A stretch of 64,000 bases of DNA from Patellaria atrata CBS 101060. Lineage: Eukaryota. Below, one piece after another: positions 10,346 through 21,306 of this stretch. Positions within the stretch are counted from its first letter, which is position 1. Every line of letters begins with the position of its first letter. Where the stretch lies: contig MU006092.1 in assembly GCA_010093705.1 (NCBI GenBank), forward strand, positions 440,623-504,622, read 5' to 3'. The notes below the pieces were generated by a model. That model did not search any database and had not been told where the DNA came from. It saw only the letters and a list, made by a program, of their open reading frames with translations. Position numbers and translations under genes: made by a program.

Positions 10346-12328
10346 ATGCCTATCCAGACGCTCTTCAGCCTCTGGCAACCAGCCGATGCAGCTGGCGACA
10401 AGATGATGGAGAAAGCAGCTTATGTCAAATCGCGTCAAATGCCGGTAGTTGAGATCCCTTACATACAGACTTTCAAGCGTAAACGGACTGAGACCCTGGA
10501 ACGTGATGTGTCCCCTGAGGTACACTTTACAAAGAAATGGAAGCTTCAAAGTAGCATTGCGCCGCCAGTGGAGTCCGTGATACACCTTAGTCACGCGTCG
10601 CAAGCTGCAGTTAGTGATGATTTGGCAGGCACGCACATGGACAATATGGAAATCATTCAAGATAAACCTGCATCGCCAACTCATGTGGACGCGACTGTTA
10701 AGCAAACTGAAGCAGCACCTGACGACGGCACATCCTCGTTATCCGCGACGCCTCATCAACCCATCGCATCCATAGATATCAACAACATTACTAGCAAATT
10801 ATTTGCAATGGATAGGGAACTGACGGAGCGCGAAATGCTCGAGGAGACAATAAGCCAGCAGTTTGATCAAGAGATACTACTCAGACATGAGGAACTTCGC
10901 CTGATAGAGTTGGAGCTAGCAAAATGCCAGATCGCACTGGAACAAATCCGTCGCTGCACCCTCATCCCATATCCTGGCTCAACCTGTCCCTCTGTCGATG
11001 TCAGCAATGGCGTTGGACTGAGCCTTCCTCCTCAGCCCGGTTACTCCGAACCTCTTGACCCCGCTCCATGGGGTGTCACTGACGGTCCGTATACACGACA
11101 TTATGCGAAGTGGCTCATTCCGGATGCGCGCTTCGATTCAGTTCAATTACCGGATGGCAGCTCTATGCCATATAGCCCGTATGAGGGCAGATCAACGCGG
11201 GGTCACGGCACAGAGACTTCCAGGCAGCGCGCATCTTGTGTGTCTAGGCAACAACCTGTTCAAGAACCACCCCGGGATCGGAACAACTTCGACAATCTTA
11301 TCCTGCGTCGGAAATCGGATGGTCACTGGGTTCGCCTTTACTGTCACCACTGTCAAAAGCCAGATTTCTGTAATGTTCAAGGTTTTCTCAATCATTACCG
11401 TATCAAACATCAAACCAGATTTCAGAGCCACAATGAAGCTGCTGAGAATTGTGGTATCGAGCTTGCCGACGACGAAGTACCTGCCTCTGTCATAGCCAGG
11501 GAACTAGCTGGACCGCAACCGTCCGAGTCGAAGAGGAAAACCGCGAATGCCTTCCCTGGATCGTCTACAGGCACTCCGGCAAAGCCACCTAAAGCACCAC
11601 GACTCCAGATCATGTCTCAGCAGCCGCTTAAAGGGGTTTCACCATCATCTACCATATCCCCATCTACACCTGTGTCCCAGGTGGCCACACCAGTTGTTCC
11701 TGAGCCAAGGGTAACGATAGCGCCGAAGAAAACTGTGCCACCAACTCCATCCGCCTCCGTTCCTCATTTGTGTTCCCTTCTTTCACGGGCCCAGTTTCAG
11801 GGGGACCTTAACCAACTGATTTCGACTTCTCGCCAAAAGGTTGATCTCACCGCAGTTACTCCGATTGAATATGAAGAAGGTGAAACTCCTACTCTACAGA
11901 TTCAGCAACAGGAGTTTCCGCTCTCGACCCCAACGAATCAGCAACTGTCTCGAATGCCAATGAACAAACGGCCTGAGAGCTCTAAAGGAATGAAGGGTTC
12001 GTCTGCGCGTTTACCCAACTCCTCTTCGGCAGGTCCTTCGCGTCATGTTCCTCCGCAGCTTGGAAATAGCCGCAGGAACGGTGGGCGGGACGACCGTATG
12101 ATCCCGGAGAGTCCGAATATGGAACTCAGTCCACACACTGTAGAAAGTAATCCAGGACTTGTGAGCGACCATGATGACGACGAGGATGATTATGAAGGCT
12201 CTGAGGCGCCAACACATCCGGCAGATGATGCTGGAGAGTTCGAGATTGAAGGTGACGAAGGGACTTATGGTTTCGGGGACATGGAGGGCTTGAGGGGCGC
12301 GGAGAGCTCCAGGTGTGGTAGCAAGTAG
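10346..12328 (+). CDS. AHC1: AHC1-like ADA histone acetyltransferase complex subunit with C2H2-type zinc finger
   Basis: 660-aa ORF with coiled coil QQFDQEILLRHEELRLIELELAKCQIALEQIRRC, conserved PAPWGVTDGPYTRHYAKWL and CHHC...FCNVQGFLNHYRIKH zinc finger. Confidence 0.7.
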   Translation: MPIQTLFSLWQPADAAGDKMMEKAAYVKSRQMPVVEIPYIQTFKRKRTETLERDVSPEVHFTKKWKLQSSIAPPVESVIHLSHASQAAVSDDLAGTHMDNMEIIQDKPASPTHVDATVKQTEAAPDDGTSSLSATPHQPIASIDINNITSKLFAMDRELTEREMLEETISQQFDQEILLRHEELRLIELELAKCQIALEQIRRCTLIPYPGSTCPSVDVSNGVGLSLPPQPGYSEPLDPAPWGVTDGPYTRHYAKWLIPDARFDSVQLPDGSSMPYSPYEGRSTRGHGTETSRQRASCVSRQQPVQEPPRDRNNFDNLILRRKSDGHWVRLYCHHCQKPDFCNVQGFLNHYRIKHQTRFQSHNEAAENCGIELADDEVPASVIARELAGPQPSESKRKTANAFPGSSTGTPAKPPKAPRLQIMSQQPLKGVSPSSTISPSTPVSQVATPVVPEPRVTIAPKKTVPPTPSASVPHLCSLLSRAQFQGDLNQLISTSRQKVDLTAVTPIEYEEGETPTLQIQQQEFPLSTPTNQQLSRMPMNKRPESSKGMKGSSARLPNSSSAGPSRHVPPQLGNSRRNGGRDDRMIPESPNMELSPHTVESNPGLVSDHDDDEDDYEGSEAPTHPADDAGEFEIEGDEGTYGFGDMEGLRGAESSRCGSK

Positions 12329-13572
12329 AGGTTCACATTGTTTTCTGCAGCCAACTGGCTTTAACTCTTCACTTCAAAAAGATTGTTTTATAACTCTTTA
12401 CTTAACTTCCTCCTGATCTTGTTATTGCGTATTTTGTAGTCTCTCAGTCTGTATCATGTTTTCGGGTCATAGATTATGGGTCCGGCCAGCGGGTTTGGGT
12501 GGCTCTTTTTCACCTGAGTTCTTTCTGTTCGGTGGGGATGGCAAGGTTACTGCGTGCAAACAACACGGCCGGATCTTATTGAAATCTCTCCTCTTTATCT
12601 AAGTTGAAGCTCAATTGGGCGGGGGAAGTTGTTTTGACTATGGCTAGGGGTGGATGGGTCGGATGGGGGTGGGAAACAAGAAAAGCACAACTGTACATAT
12701 ACCAATTGTCTAGATATACCTTATCCTTATACTGAAGAGTAACACCTAGTTCATGCTTCGAGGTTCCTATACAATTGCATCAGGTGAAATCTCATACAGG
12801 TTAGGGACAATATCGGCAGGGCCCCAACACCTAAACCTCAATCATTTTACTTATAATTCTTGTGACTTGATAATCATCTAGTATATGTCATTGGTGCGGG
12901 TTGAAGTTGACGATTTTACATGAAGCATTATAGATAACTCCAAACGCCAACGCTCAAGATCCTTCAGTTACGTTCAAAACCTATCGATTAATGAGCGTAA
13001 AAGGCTCACTGGCCCATGAAGATGGACGCCTGTAATTTTCAGCAATCGTTCGTAGTTTCAAAGTAGAGTTACTCACGGCCATCAAAACGCAACAGATGCT
13101 AACATAAGGGCTGAGCCTCTCCCCCACGCGCGCAAACTTCCAAAATATGCCAAAGACCCTGCCATGTCCATCAGTGCCTGTCGCCAACTATAGGTCTATG
13201 TGATGTCTGTCGCTGACCCGTCTTTACTCCTGTCCATAGGGCCTGGAAAGCTATAGTGCGCGTAGGTGCTCGTACATATCAGAAGGAGGATAACGAGGAG
13301 TAGCGACTGGAAGTTGAAAAGCGCAGTCTGCAGTTTGGTGTTAGCATGTGATTGAAGTCACGAATATTTGGTGAAGGTGAAGCCATTCAACATTTGAAGT
13401 GAATTATTGAGTACCAAAAGCGTGACTGACCATGATTTCTGAAACGCGAGTTATTATTTATTTTGACTTGACTTCCTTCTTTTCTTTCTTTCAACCTTGT
13501 TGTGTTTATCACAGTCGCTGTTGTCCTAGTTGAGTGTTTTGACGTTAATCTCTACCTACATACCAGCAAAGA

Positions 13573-14818
13573 ATGTCGTCCGAGCGCGGCCAAACGCCAA
13601 GTAGCCCGCTCCCAACAATCCCCGCTCCGCCGCCGCCGCCGACAACGTCCGCTGACGAAGACCGTCAGAAGGCGAAGCAGGAGAAAGCAGAACGTACGTA
13701 TCAAAACCGCGCAAGAAGAAACCGGGAAAGGGCCGTTGCAAACGCGCAAAATCGCGTTGAGCATGGTCAGCAAACCCCAGGTCAGACCCTCTTACTGCGA
13801 AGCCGATTGTGCAGCATCCACAGTTCGAATTGTCCGTCACTGACTTTTGACTATAAAGCTGCCCTAAACCCCGCGTACGCCAGTACCTTCTCGGTATCTA
13901 GGTACTCTCACGACTCTTCTGCTGCCGCTTTCCCCCCTCCAGTCTCTTTACCAGGTACAATATTCATTTCTCCCTTCATTATCCCATTCTAACGATTCTA
14001 CTGTAGGCGTTGCACCGGTAACCTATTCATCCGGGTACACTCATCGAAGTTACCCTCAAATCGGCTATCAACCAATCGCATCTGCCCCAAGTGGCACCCA
14101 TCCATATACGCAGAACCCATACCCACCACCCTTCTTAGGGAACACTTCGTACGGTTTCCCTCCTCCCCTACCTTCAAATCCGTACACCTCAAGCCCGTAT
14201 CGCCAATACGCATACGGCACACACCAGCAGCCTCCCCATCTAACAGCGTACATCCCCGCACCACAACGGAAAAGGAACCCTAGGGGCCCTATACCTCCTC
14301 CCGGATTCGACTACGCCAGCGACGAAGGCAAAACCCAACTCCTCTCCATCCATCCCACGCCTGTAGACCCGAACGCACCCAAAATGACCGAAGTCCGCAT
14401 GCGCCAGCGTGCCAAAGGGCAGCAATTCCCCACCTCTGACCTGGAAGCGTACCTGGTTGCCTTCGGCGATGAGCGTAACCCCTTGCCAGAGACGGTCAAG
14501 TGCCTCGACGAGATCATCACCGATTACATCATCGAAGGCTGTCATGAGGCGGCTGCGGTGGCGAGTTACTCCCGTCGCTCGAAGATCAAGGTCGAGGACT
14601 TCAAGCACGCGTTGAGGAGGGATCCACCGAAGCTTGGGAGGGTGTCGGAGCTGTTGGCGTTGGACAAGGAGATCAAGAAGAAGAGGAAGGCGTTTGAGAC
14701 GGATGAGGCGGTCATGGGGAAGGAAGGAGCTGCTGGTGAGAAAGATGAAGATCCAGAGGATGGAAAGGATGATGGCAAGAAGACTAAGAAGAAGAAGACT
14801 AAGAAGGATAAGGAGTAG
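13573..14818 (+). CDS. TAF13: TFIID subunit 13 (TFIID-18kDa histone fold) with predicted long low-complexity N-terminal extension
   Basis: Core 14384-14818: AFGDERNPLPETVKCLDEIITDYI...KIKVEDFKHALRRDPPKLGRVSELL. Upstream exons 13573-13780 and 13859-13954 join in frame through introns 13781-13858 and 13955-14006. Core is high confidence, extension moderate. Confidence 0.85.
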
Positions 14819-14819
14819 T

Positions 14820-14970
14820 ATTTCTACGGCCGTGAGGTTTCTACTATCAAGAGACTTCTGCGATGAGAGGATTCTACGGTCAAGATGCTTTCTACGATTA
14901 TGGCTTTCTATGTGGAAGAACTTTTCTGCGATGAAGAGGGCTTTCTACCATCAGGAGGATTTCTGCAGAG
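14820..14970. repeat. Degenerate ~16-19-bp tandem array (TTTCTAC/TTTCTGC-headed units) just after the TAF13 stop
   Basis: About nine units such as tttctacggccgtgagg, tttctactatcaagagac, ttctgcgatgagagga, tttctaccatcaggagga. Confidence 0.6.
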
Positions 14971-14985
14971 AAAGGGTCTTTACGA

Positions 14986-15195
14986 GCAGAAGGATTACTA
15001 CAGAGGCAGATTTCTCATTGAGCTTGACTGTCGATTTCTTGCTTGAGCTAGGGATAATGCTGCTTTTCTCTCTCTTTCCGCATGTCTTTGCAAGCAGAAG
15101 GATTGTCACAATTAGGAGAATTTTTCATTGAGCTCAGCTGTTGACTTTCTGCTTGAGCTAGGGATGATCCTGTTTTTCTTTCGCTTTTCATATGT
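14986..15195. repeat. Diverged ~110-bp tandem duplication
   Basis: gcagaaggatt...tcattgagct...tgcttgagctagggat occurs starting at ~14986 and again at ~15094. Confidence 0.75.
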
Positions 15196-15444
15196 TTTCT
15201 CGACAGGATGTCGGAGGCTTCATCACCATCATCAAGGACGGAGTTTATCAGAAAGACTCTGGGTCATGGAATTTTCAAGGGCGTCGGGGTATACCCATCA
15301 TATCAGCCTTTTTTTAAAAGTTATCACTGTATCAGATAGACACATCAGCCGCATTCTATGGCTCAATCTGATCATTCAACCCGCACTGTAACCGCGTCCC
15401 TCTCCCTTTTCCGGTAACCCTAACAACTAACAACCCAGAGATCC

Positions 15445-16466
15445 TCATTTCCCACTCTCATTCCTCTCAACCAGTTCCCCAACCCCAAGACCCCGACCCA
15501 GTTTAACCTTCCTCTTCCTCTCCTTCTTCTCCCCACCCCCTTCACCCTCCCCGGCTTTCCCAGCACTCCCGACTCCCTCCCCCTCGTCCTCGCTCTCCTG
15601 CGACAAGACACGCAACTCAGATAGGTCCGCTTTCATGGCATATGCGTCTTCGCCGTCGGCGTAGTATTTCGGCTCGATGCGCTCGACTTTGAACCCCAGC
15701 GTGTCGCGGTAGAGGTGCAGGGCGGCGGTGTTGGAGACGCGGACGTGGAGGGAGACGTAGGACGAGGTGTAGGATTCGGCCATCGCGCGTTCTGCGGGGG
15801 GTGGTTAGTGGGATGGCCTGGGATAAGGGCGTCTGTGTGGTGATTGGATCGATGGGGAGGAAAAGGGGAGGGTTTGGTGGAAACGGGAGGGATGGGCGGG
15901 AGATTGGAAGAGATACTCACGACTTAGCCGCATCAGCTTCTCGGCCAGGCCGAGCCGTCGGTGCGTGCGCATCACGCTGAGCGATGTGATGTGCCCGTGG
16001 GGCACGCCGTCTGCGGGATCCTCTTCCATCTTCGCGAGCACGTAGCCGACGATTTTAGGAGGGTCGTAGGGGGATTTCGGGGGTCGGGAGACCTGGTGGG
16101 GGTTAGTGGGGAGGCTTTAGGTGGGGTGGAGGATGAGGTAGAGGTATCTTGGGAGGGGAGATGTTGAAAGAGTCATTTTTGTATGGTGTTTGTAGCATAG
16201 TATTGTTGAGATGTAAAGATTATGTGCATGAAGATTTTTTGACGCTTTTTTTCTTCGATAGCGGGAAGAGACGGAAATTGAATTGGAAAAGCTATAAGCC
16301 ACAGATGGTAAGTGAACATACTTACATCAACAGCAACATAGCTCAATTGGGGCCAGCTCATCGCATGATAGAGATAGTACTTCAGGAAATAGTTCTCAGG
16401 TAGATTTGTGATATTCGCCAGTTGCACGTGCGGGATATCCGACGGCTTCATCATTCGGACGTCCAT
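15445..16466 (-). CDS. ARD1: N-terminal acetyltransferase A catalytic subunit (Ard1/Naa10), 3 exons
   Basis: [88 protein letters not shown]. Introns 16093-16325 and ~15793-15920. Confidence 0.96.
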
Positions 16467-16683
16467 CTTCCTAGCTCTTCCTAAGGGTATCACTCAATTC
16501 TTGAAAGCTTCTACAATACGGGCATCTGATATTGTAGTGATTGTTGTTCACAATTATTGTCAGTTATTGTTGGAAAGTGAGGTTCCTGCCAAGACCCAAA
16601 ATTGAGCTGCATGTGGCCAATCACAGCTTGCGAAAATGCTCGGATGATCCCATCGTTAACAATAGACGTATTGTGCCTTTAGT

Positions 16684-17657
16684 ATGCCGAAAGCGGCAAT
16701 GGGAGTTACAATAAGAATCAACACAATAGCTTTTAGGAATTATTACAGAATTTCGCTTCATACGCATGAAAAAGGTTATATCTTAGGAACGATGCTATCC
16801 TATGTTCTTAACCTTTACATCACACTTTGGAAGAGAGTATCACTACACTGCTCTTTCATATCATACCATCAGTCCTCCAGCGCTGTGCGCTATCTTTGAT
16901 AAATACTTTCAAGTTCTCCAAGAAATCCCCGCATACCATAACTCTCCATCAAAGTTTGTACAGCAATCATACAGTACCAGAACAACCCAATGTTTGGAGG
17001 CATTGGCCATATACGTCTCGTGCGGGCCTCACGTAGACATAGTGAGTACCACTGGCTCTTTCTTACAGAGAATGTATGCTTATTTCCGTACAGAACTTAC
17101 CTCAGAGCGCCCCCAATCTCGCCCATCCCCGTCCAGCGCCAAACATCCCGCATCGGACGATATCAGATCAGACCGAAAGCCAAAGTGTGCTCGTACAGAG
17201 CCCGATCCGGTGACTGCATACCGTGGAAAACATTACATTGGAGTTGAAGAATGCCGAAGAGCCGAAGAGCAAGCTCGTGAGAATTTTGCCGTAGGAATCC
17301 AAGTACGTTCTCCCGACTTTTCTCGTTCAAATCAAAATCCTCTGGAATTTTGTGATATTGTATTAATCTCAGATGTGCTTTAGGCTGCGAGTTTCCTCTC
17401 CGGACGCATGTGTTTCTGTTGGCCGATCACAATCGAAGTTAAGTCTACTCATACCATGGAAGATGATAAGTTCTACGCAAATCTGTCCCGAGAGATTGAA
17501 GTCATCTATAAGACAAGAGAACCGGCTCCTCTCAGTAATTGAAGCGGTGACGGAAAAGTCCATCGAGCTGAAGGTCGAGGAGCATCGTGAGATGCTCGAA
17601 CTGGAGATTGAAGAATGTCTGAATGAGCACAGGGAGCTGATGCAGAAAGGACTTTGA
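16684..17657 (+). CDS. Hypothetical (orphan) protein, ~280 aa, 3 predicted exons
   Basis: Exons 16684-16774, 16836-17302 and 17373-17657 join in frame. Intron 2 (GTACGT...CAG) is canonical; intron 1 has weak signals (GTTATA...GAG). C-terminal coiled-coil-like Glu/Leu stretch; no family recognised. Confidence 0.45.
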
Positions 17658-17763
17658 GCAGAAGTTGATACGATTCCAGACATCCTTGGAGAGCCGGTGA
17701 AAGGGAGGAAAGGAACTTTGTGACTGAAGTAGAAGTTTGTTTAGCTAAATTAATACCTACGTA

Positions 17764-19608
17764 CTAGAGCGTATCTTTTGCTATCTCGAATTCTTCTGTA
17801 CGCTCAATACAACAAGTTCCAGAATTGGAGAAGCATCGCATTTTCAAAAGAGCATCGGCCTGTGGTCTACTAGATGGCTCATAATGGAGCATTTTTATCG
17901 CTATACTCGCAATTGTTCTCTCAGGTTCAGACATTCTAGGAGTAGAAAGAGAGGACAGCCAATCTTGGATCGGTAAAATGTTAGCTTGGAATGACTTATC
18001 ATAGTCAGAGTTACAACCCCGTATATCTATTAGATGTTGCCGCTGCTGGACTGGATAAGGTTGCCAGGTAACCGCCAGCATCTCCGTAAAGACTGCTCCA
18101 AGGGAGAAAATATCAGCTTTGAGGCCGCGTGTATCTTGAGCAACCACTTCAGGTGCTGAGTAAATACGGGTAAATGAGGTAGGACCACTGGTTTCTGCCT
18201 CTGCTTCAGATCGATAGGAACGCGCTATCCCGAAGTCTGCTAGGTAAACCTTGTAATTCGTTACGCCCCTGTACCTGCTATTGCGGACGTCGCGAATTAA
18301 CAGGTTTTTGGGCTTAATATCCATGTGTTTGATGGCCTGCTTATGGAGGTAGCTTACAGCATGCAGAAGGCAAGTGAAGAATTGTCGAAGGCTTTCCCTC
18401 ATCTCGGTTGATTTACTCCCCGGCCAAAAATGGGGTTGTTCACACATTTCTTCAATGAATGTATTAAGTGTATATTCCGCGACGGGATAAAGGAGAATAG
18501 AAAGGTCCTTCTTCAGTATGTAACTCCCGACAACTCGAATTATATGAGAATGATGCAACTTCTGAAGGTGTTCCACTTCCCTTATTGCGTCTTCACGTTT
18601 AAAAGCGCGGCTACACCTAATTGTCTTACGAGCTAACCTGATCCGTTTACATCGTACACTCTCCACTATCGCGGAGTAGGTGTACCCAAGGACCTTCTCT
18701 GTTTTTAAGGGTATCTCTTTGGCCTCGTGCGGAAGGAACTCCACGTGCTGACCACGTCCCGACCAGTTCATTTCATTCCATGGATCCGGTAACAAATCAA
18801 GGTTCCGGAGATGGTCCAACCACTCACTTTGCTCCGTTACGCCCAATTGGTTGTCAGCAACCATCTTATCAAGCTGGTCGGCGTATCTGATATCGCTTTC
18901 AGGCGTTCTTGTGTATTGTTGATCAGAAGTATCTGATCTTTGCTTTGGCGTAACATCATCAAAGTCGTGCCAGTCATCTTCCGACCAATCGCTCCTCACA
19001 CTATGCTGGCTGCTTGACCGAGCGGTGACAAAGCTTCTAAAACTACTAGTACGATGGCTGTGAGCACTATGTCTCAACCTAGACCATGATTGGTAGTCTC
19101 TGGAATGCGCAGCGCCGGATGATCCCGACATAGGAGACTGGTACATGGCGTTTCTAGTCCGGTGCACTCGGGAGTAATCCGACGGAATTCCAGGTTTGTA
19201 CTTTGTGTCATCCTCGCTATCAACTTCGTCGAGAATGTTCATGGCCCCTGCTTCGGCGTATCCTGGCCACATTGGATCTTCAACTTTATCTTGATCATCT
19301 GTACCATCTCCAAGTCGGGATTCGAACAGATGTCTAGGGATATTGTCCAGAAATACATCGGTATCTGTACCGAATGTTTCAAATGACTTTACGTTGGATA
19401 TATCATTGAGTTTAGACGAAGTATCGCCTTCCGATGGGGAACTAGGATCACTAAAATTGGAGTCCTCGACTGTTGCACGCTTATTAAGTGTACTAAGATT
19501 ATCTAATTCGTCGTTTGATTCGACCCTGATAGTGGATATCTATCAATATCTCAACCAAAAGAATAATGACGAGAATATCAGACAACACACTTACCGAGTA
19601 GCCGCCAT
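17764..19608 (-). CDS. Ser/Thr protein kinase with long disordered N-terminus (~591 aa)
   Basis: Kinase motifs ARKTI, REVEHL, HMDIKPKNLL, LADFG, YSAPE, ADIFSLG, RP. 14-nt first exon (MAATR) joined by intron 19526-19594. Confidence 0.88.
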
Positions 19609-20313
19609 CTTCAACCATTGGAGGTGCTTAGAGCGCGTTGCTCATCTACATATCCAAATAGGGGGTAAATGGAGTAATTACGGCCTTGTACAACCTTTCC
19701 ATTCCGTTGTCCAGTACTATATAATATCTATTGCTGAGGTCGACTCCATGAGGTGTCGTTGGTGAGGCATTGTGGCGCTGCGTGGCTTACGGAATCACAG
19801 TATGGAATTCGGTTAATCAGCCAGTCAGCTCGTCAATCATCAAAAAACTTTGAATTTTAATCGGAACCAAAAGGTGAACAATTATTTCCATTTCAAAAGT
19901 AGTTGACTAATGAATTGTATAATCAGTATCAACGGCACTGATGGGATCAGCCCGGTTATTCTTGCAAGAAACTGGTGTGTTTTCGCACTAGTCCCGTAAA
20001 GACTAGAATATAGTATTTCGTTCAATAAAAAATGAATTTTGGCTTCATGCGAATCTAAGGAATAAAATGCTCCCCAAATAAACCTGCAAATTTCAGATTC
20101 CCTAAGATGTGCTACCCTTTGAGAAACTCGTCGGATTCGCTGGATAGTTCTGCTTTATTCTGTTGCAGCACCCCTTATTGTAATTGCCGAGGAATGCTAT
20201 AACCGGTAAACGGATACAACAAGGGGTTAGGACTAAGAAACTAGATTCGTCAAAATGTTTATATGTACAATATGCGCGGCTAAGGAGGGTAGAAGCTATT
20301 TCCTATGAGTACT

Positions 20314-21306
20314 TTATATCTTCGAACCCTTCTTCGATTTTGCTTAATAAGGTGTCAGTGGTCTTTCCCTTTCGTAATCATGGGACGAAGATCTCACCTT
20401 CTAACTCTTTCTTCTTTTCAGCAAACCGCTGCAAGGGCGCATCCGCCACAAACCTCTCTGCTAGCGCATCAACTGCATTCACCACCGCTACGATTCTTCC
20501 ATCCCTCAGTGAAGCATTCTGCAGCTTCTTGGTTTCCATCATACTCTTGCCGTCATTCACCGCTAATTGCTCTTCCAAAAAGCTGACAACCCTTTGATGG
20601 AAACCTTCATTCGGAAAAATCCGATTGACCATTCCCCATTGCTCCAACTCCTGAGCGGTGAGTTTACGGCCAAACATCAGGAAGTCGTTTGCGCGGTGAA
20701 TACCCATATGCTGAGCGAACGCGACCGCAGACCCATTCTCAGGAACCAGTCCAAGAGCACTGAAAGGGACTTGGAGCCAGGTACCTTCAGCAGCCAGGAC
20801 TATGTCAGCGAAGCCTTGGAACCAAGCTGCGCCGCCACCAACGCCGGGTCCGTTAAGCGCAAGTACAAAGACTTTCTTGTGGTCAATTATTGAGCGTAAT
20901 AGCTCAGTAGCGTAAGTGAAGTTTCCGAGAAAGTGCAGTTTCTTAGCCCCGATGTTGGGGAATGAGCGCGTTTCCGCGTTGCCAACGGCTACAATGATTG
21001 TTAGTTTGGGTACTTAGAGGGTTAGGGGCCGTGAGGAAACCTTTAACGTCTGCTCCTGCAGAGAAAAACCGGCCTTCGCCGGTGAGTACTGTGAAGACGG
21101 TTTCAGGATGTTCATCGAGCCTCCTTATGGCGTCGATTGTCTCTGTAAGTATGTCACCGCCAAAGGAGTTTAACGCTTTGGGCCGGTTAAACTACGATAT
21201 GTTAGTATCGAGTTCTAGCTCTTACTTCCTACTAATCTTTTACCTTAATGATTCCGATCTTTCCCTTGATCTCGAAGATGATATCATTATACTTAGGAGT
21301 AGTCAT
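20314..21306 (-). CDS. Peroxisomal delta3,delta2-enoyl-CoA isomerase (crotonase family), 4 exons
   Basis: FNRPKALNSF, VLTGEGRFFSAGADV, LALNGPGVGGGAAW, PFSALGLVPENGSA. The last intron (20343-20397) gives a C-terminal ...KKGSKI* PTS1-like signal. Confidence 0.88.

Noticed and set aside
15415..15424. TAACCCTAAC, resembling a telomerase RNA template or telomeric repeat
   Set aside because: A single 1.5-unit match about 20-30 bp past the ARD1 stop with no room or structure for a telomerase RNA; expected by chance in C/A-rich sequence.
16093..16325. Possible spliceosomal twin intron (GTAA|GTATGT) in ARD1 intron 1
   Set aside because: No internal branch/acceptor that would rebuild a donor and no second downstream acceptor found.
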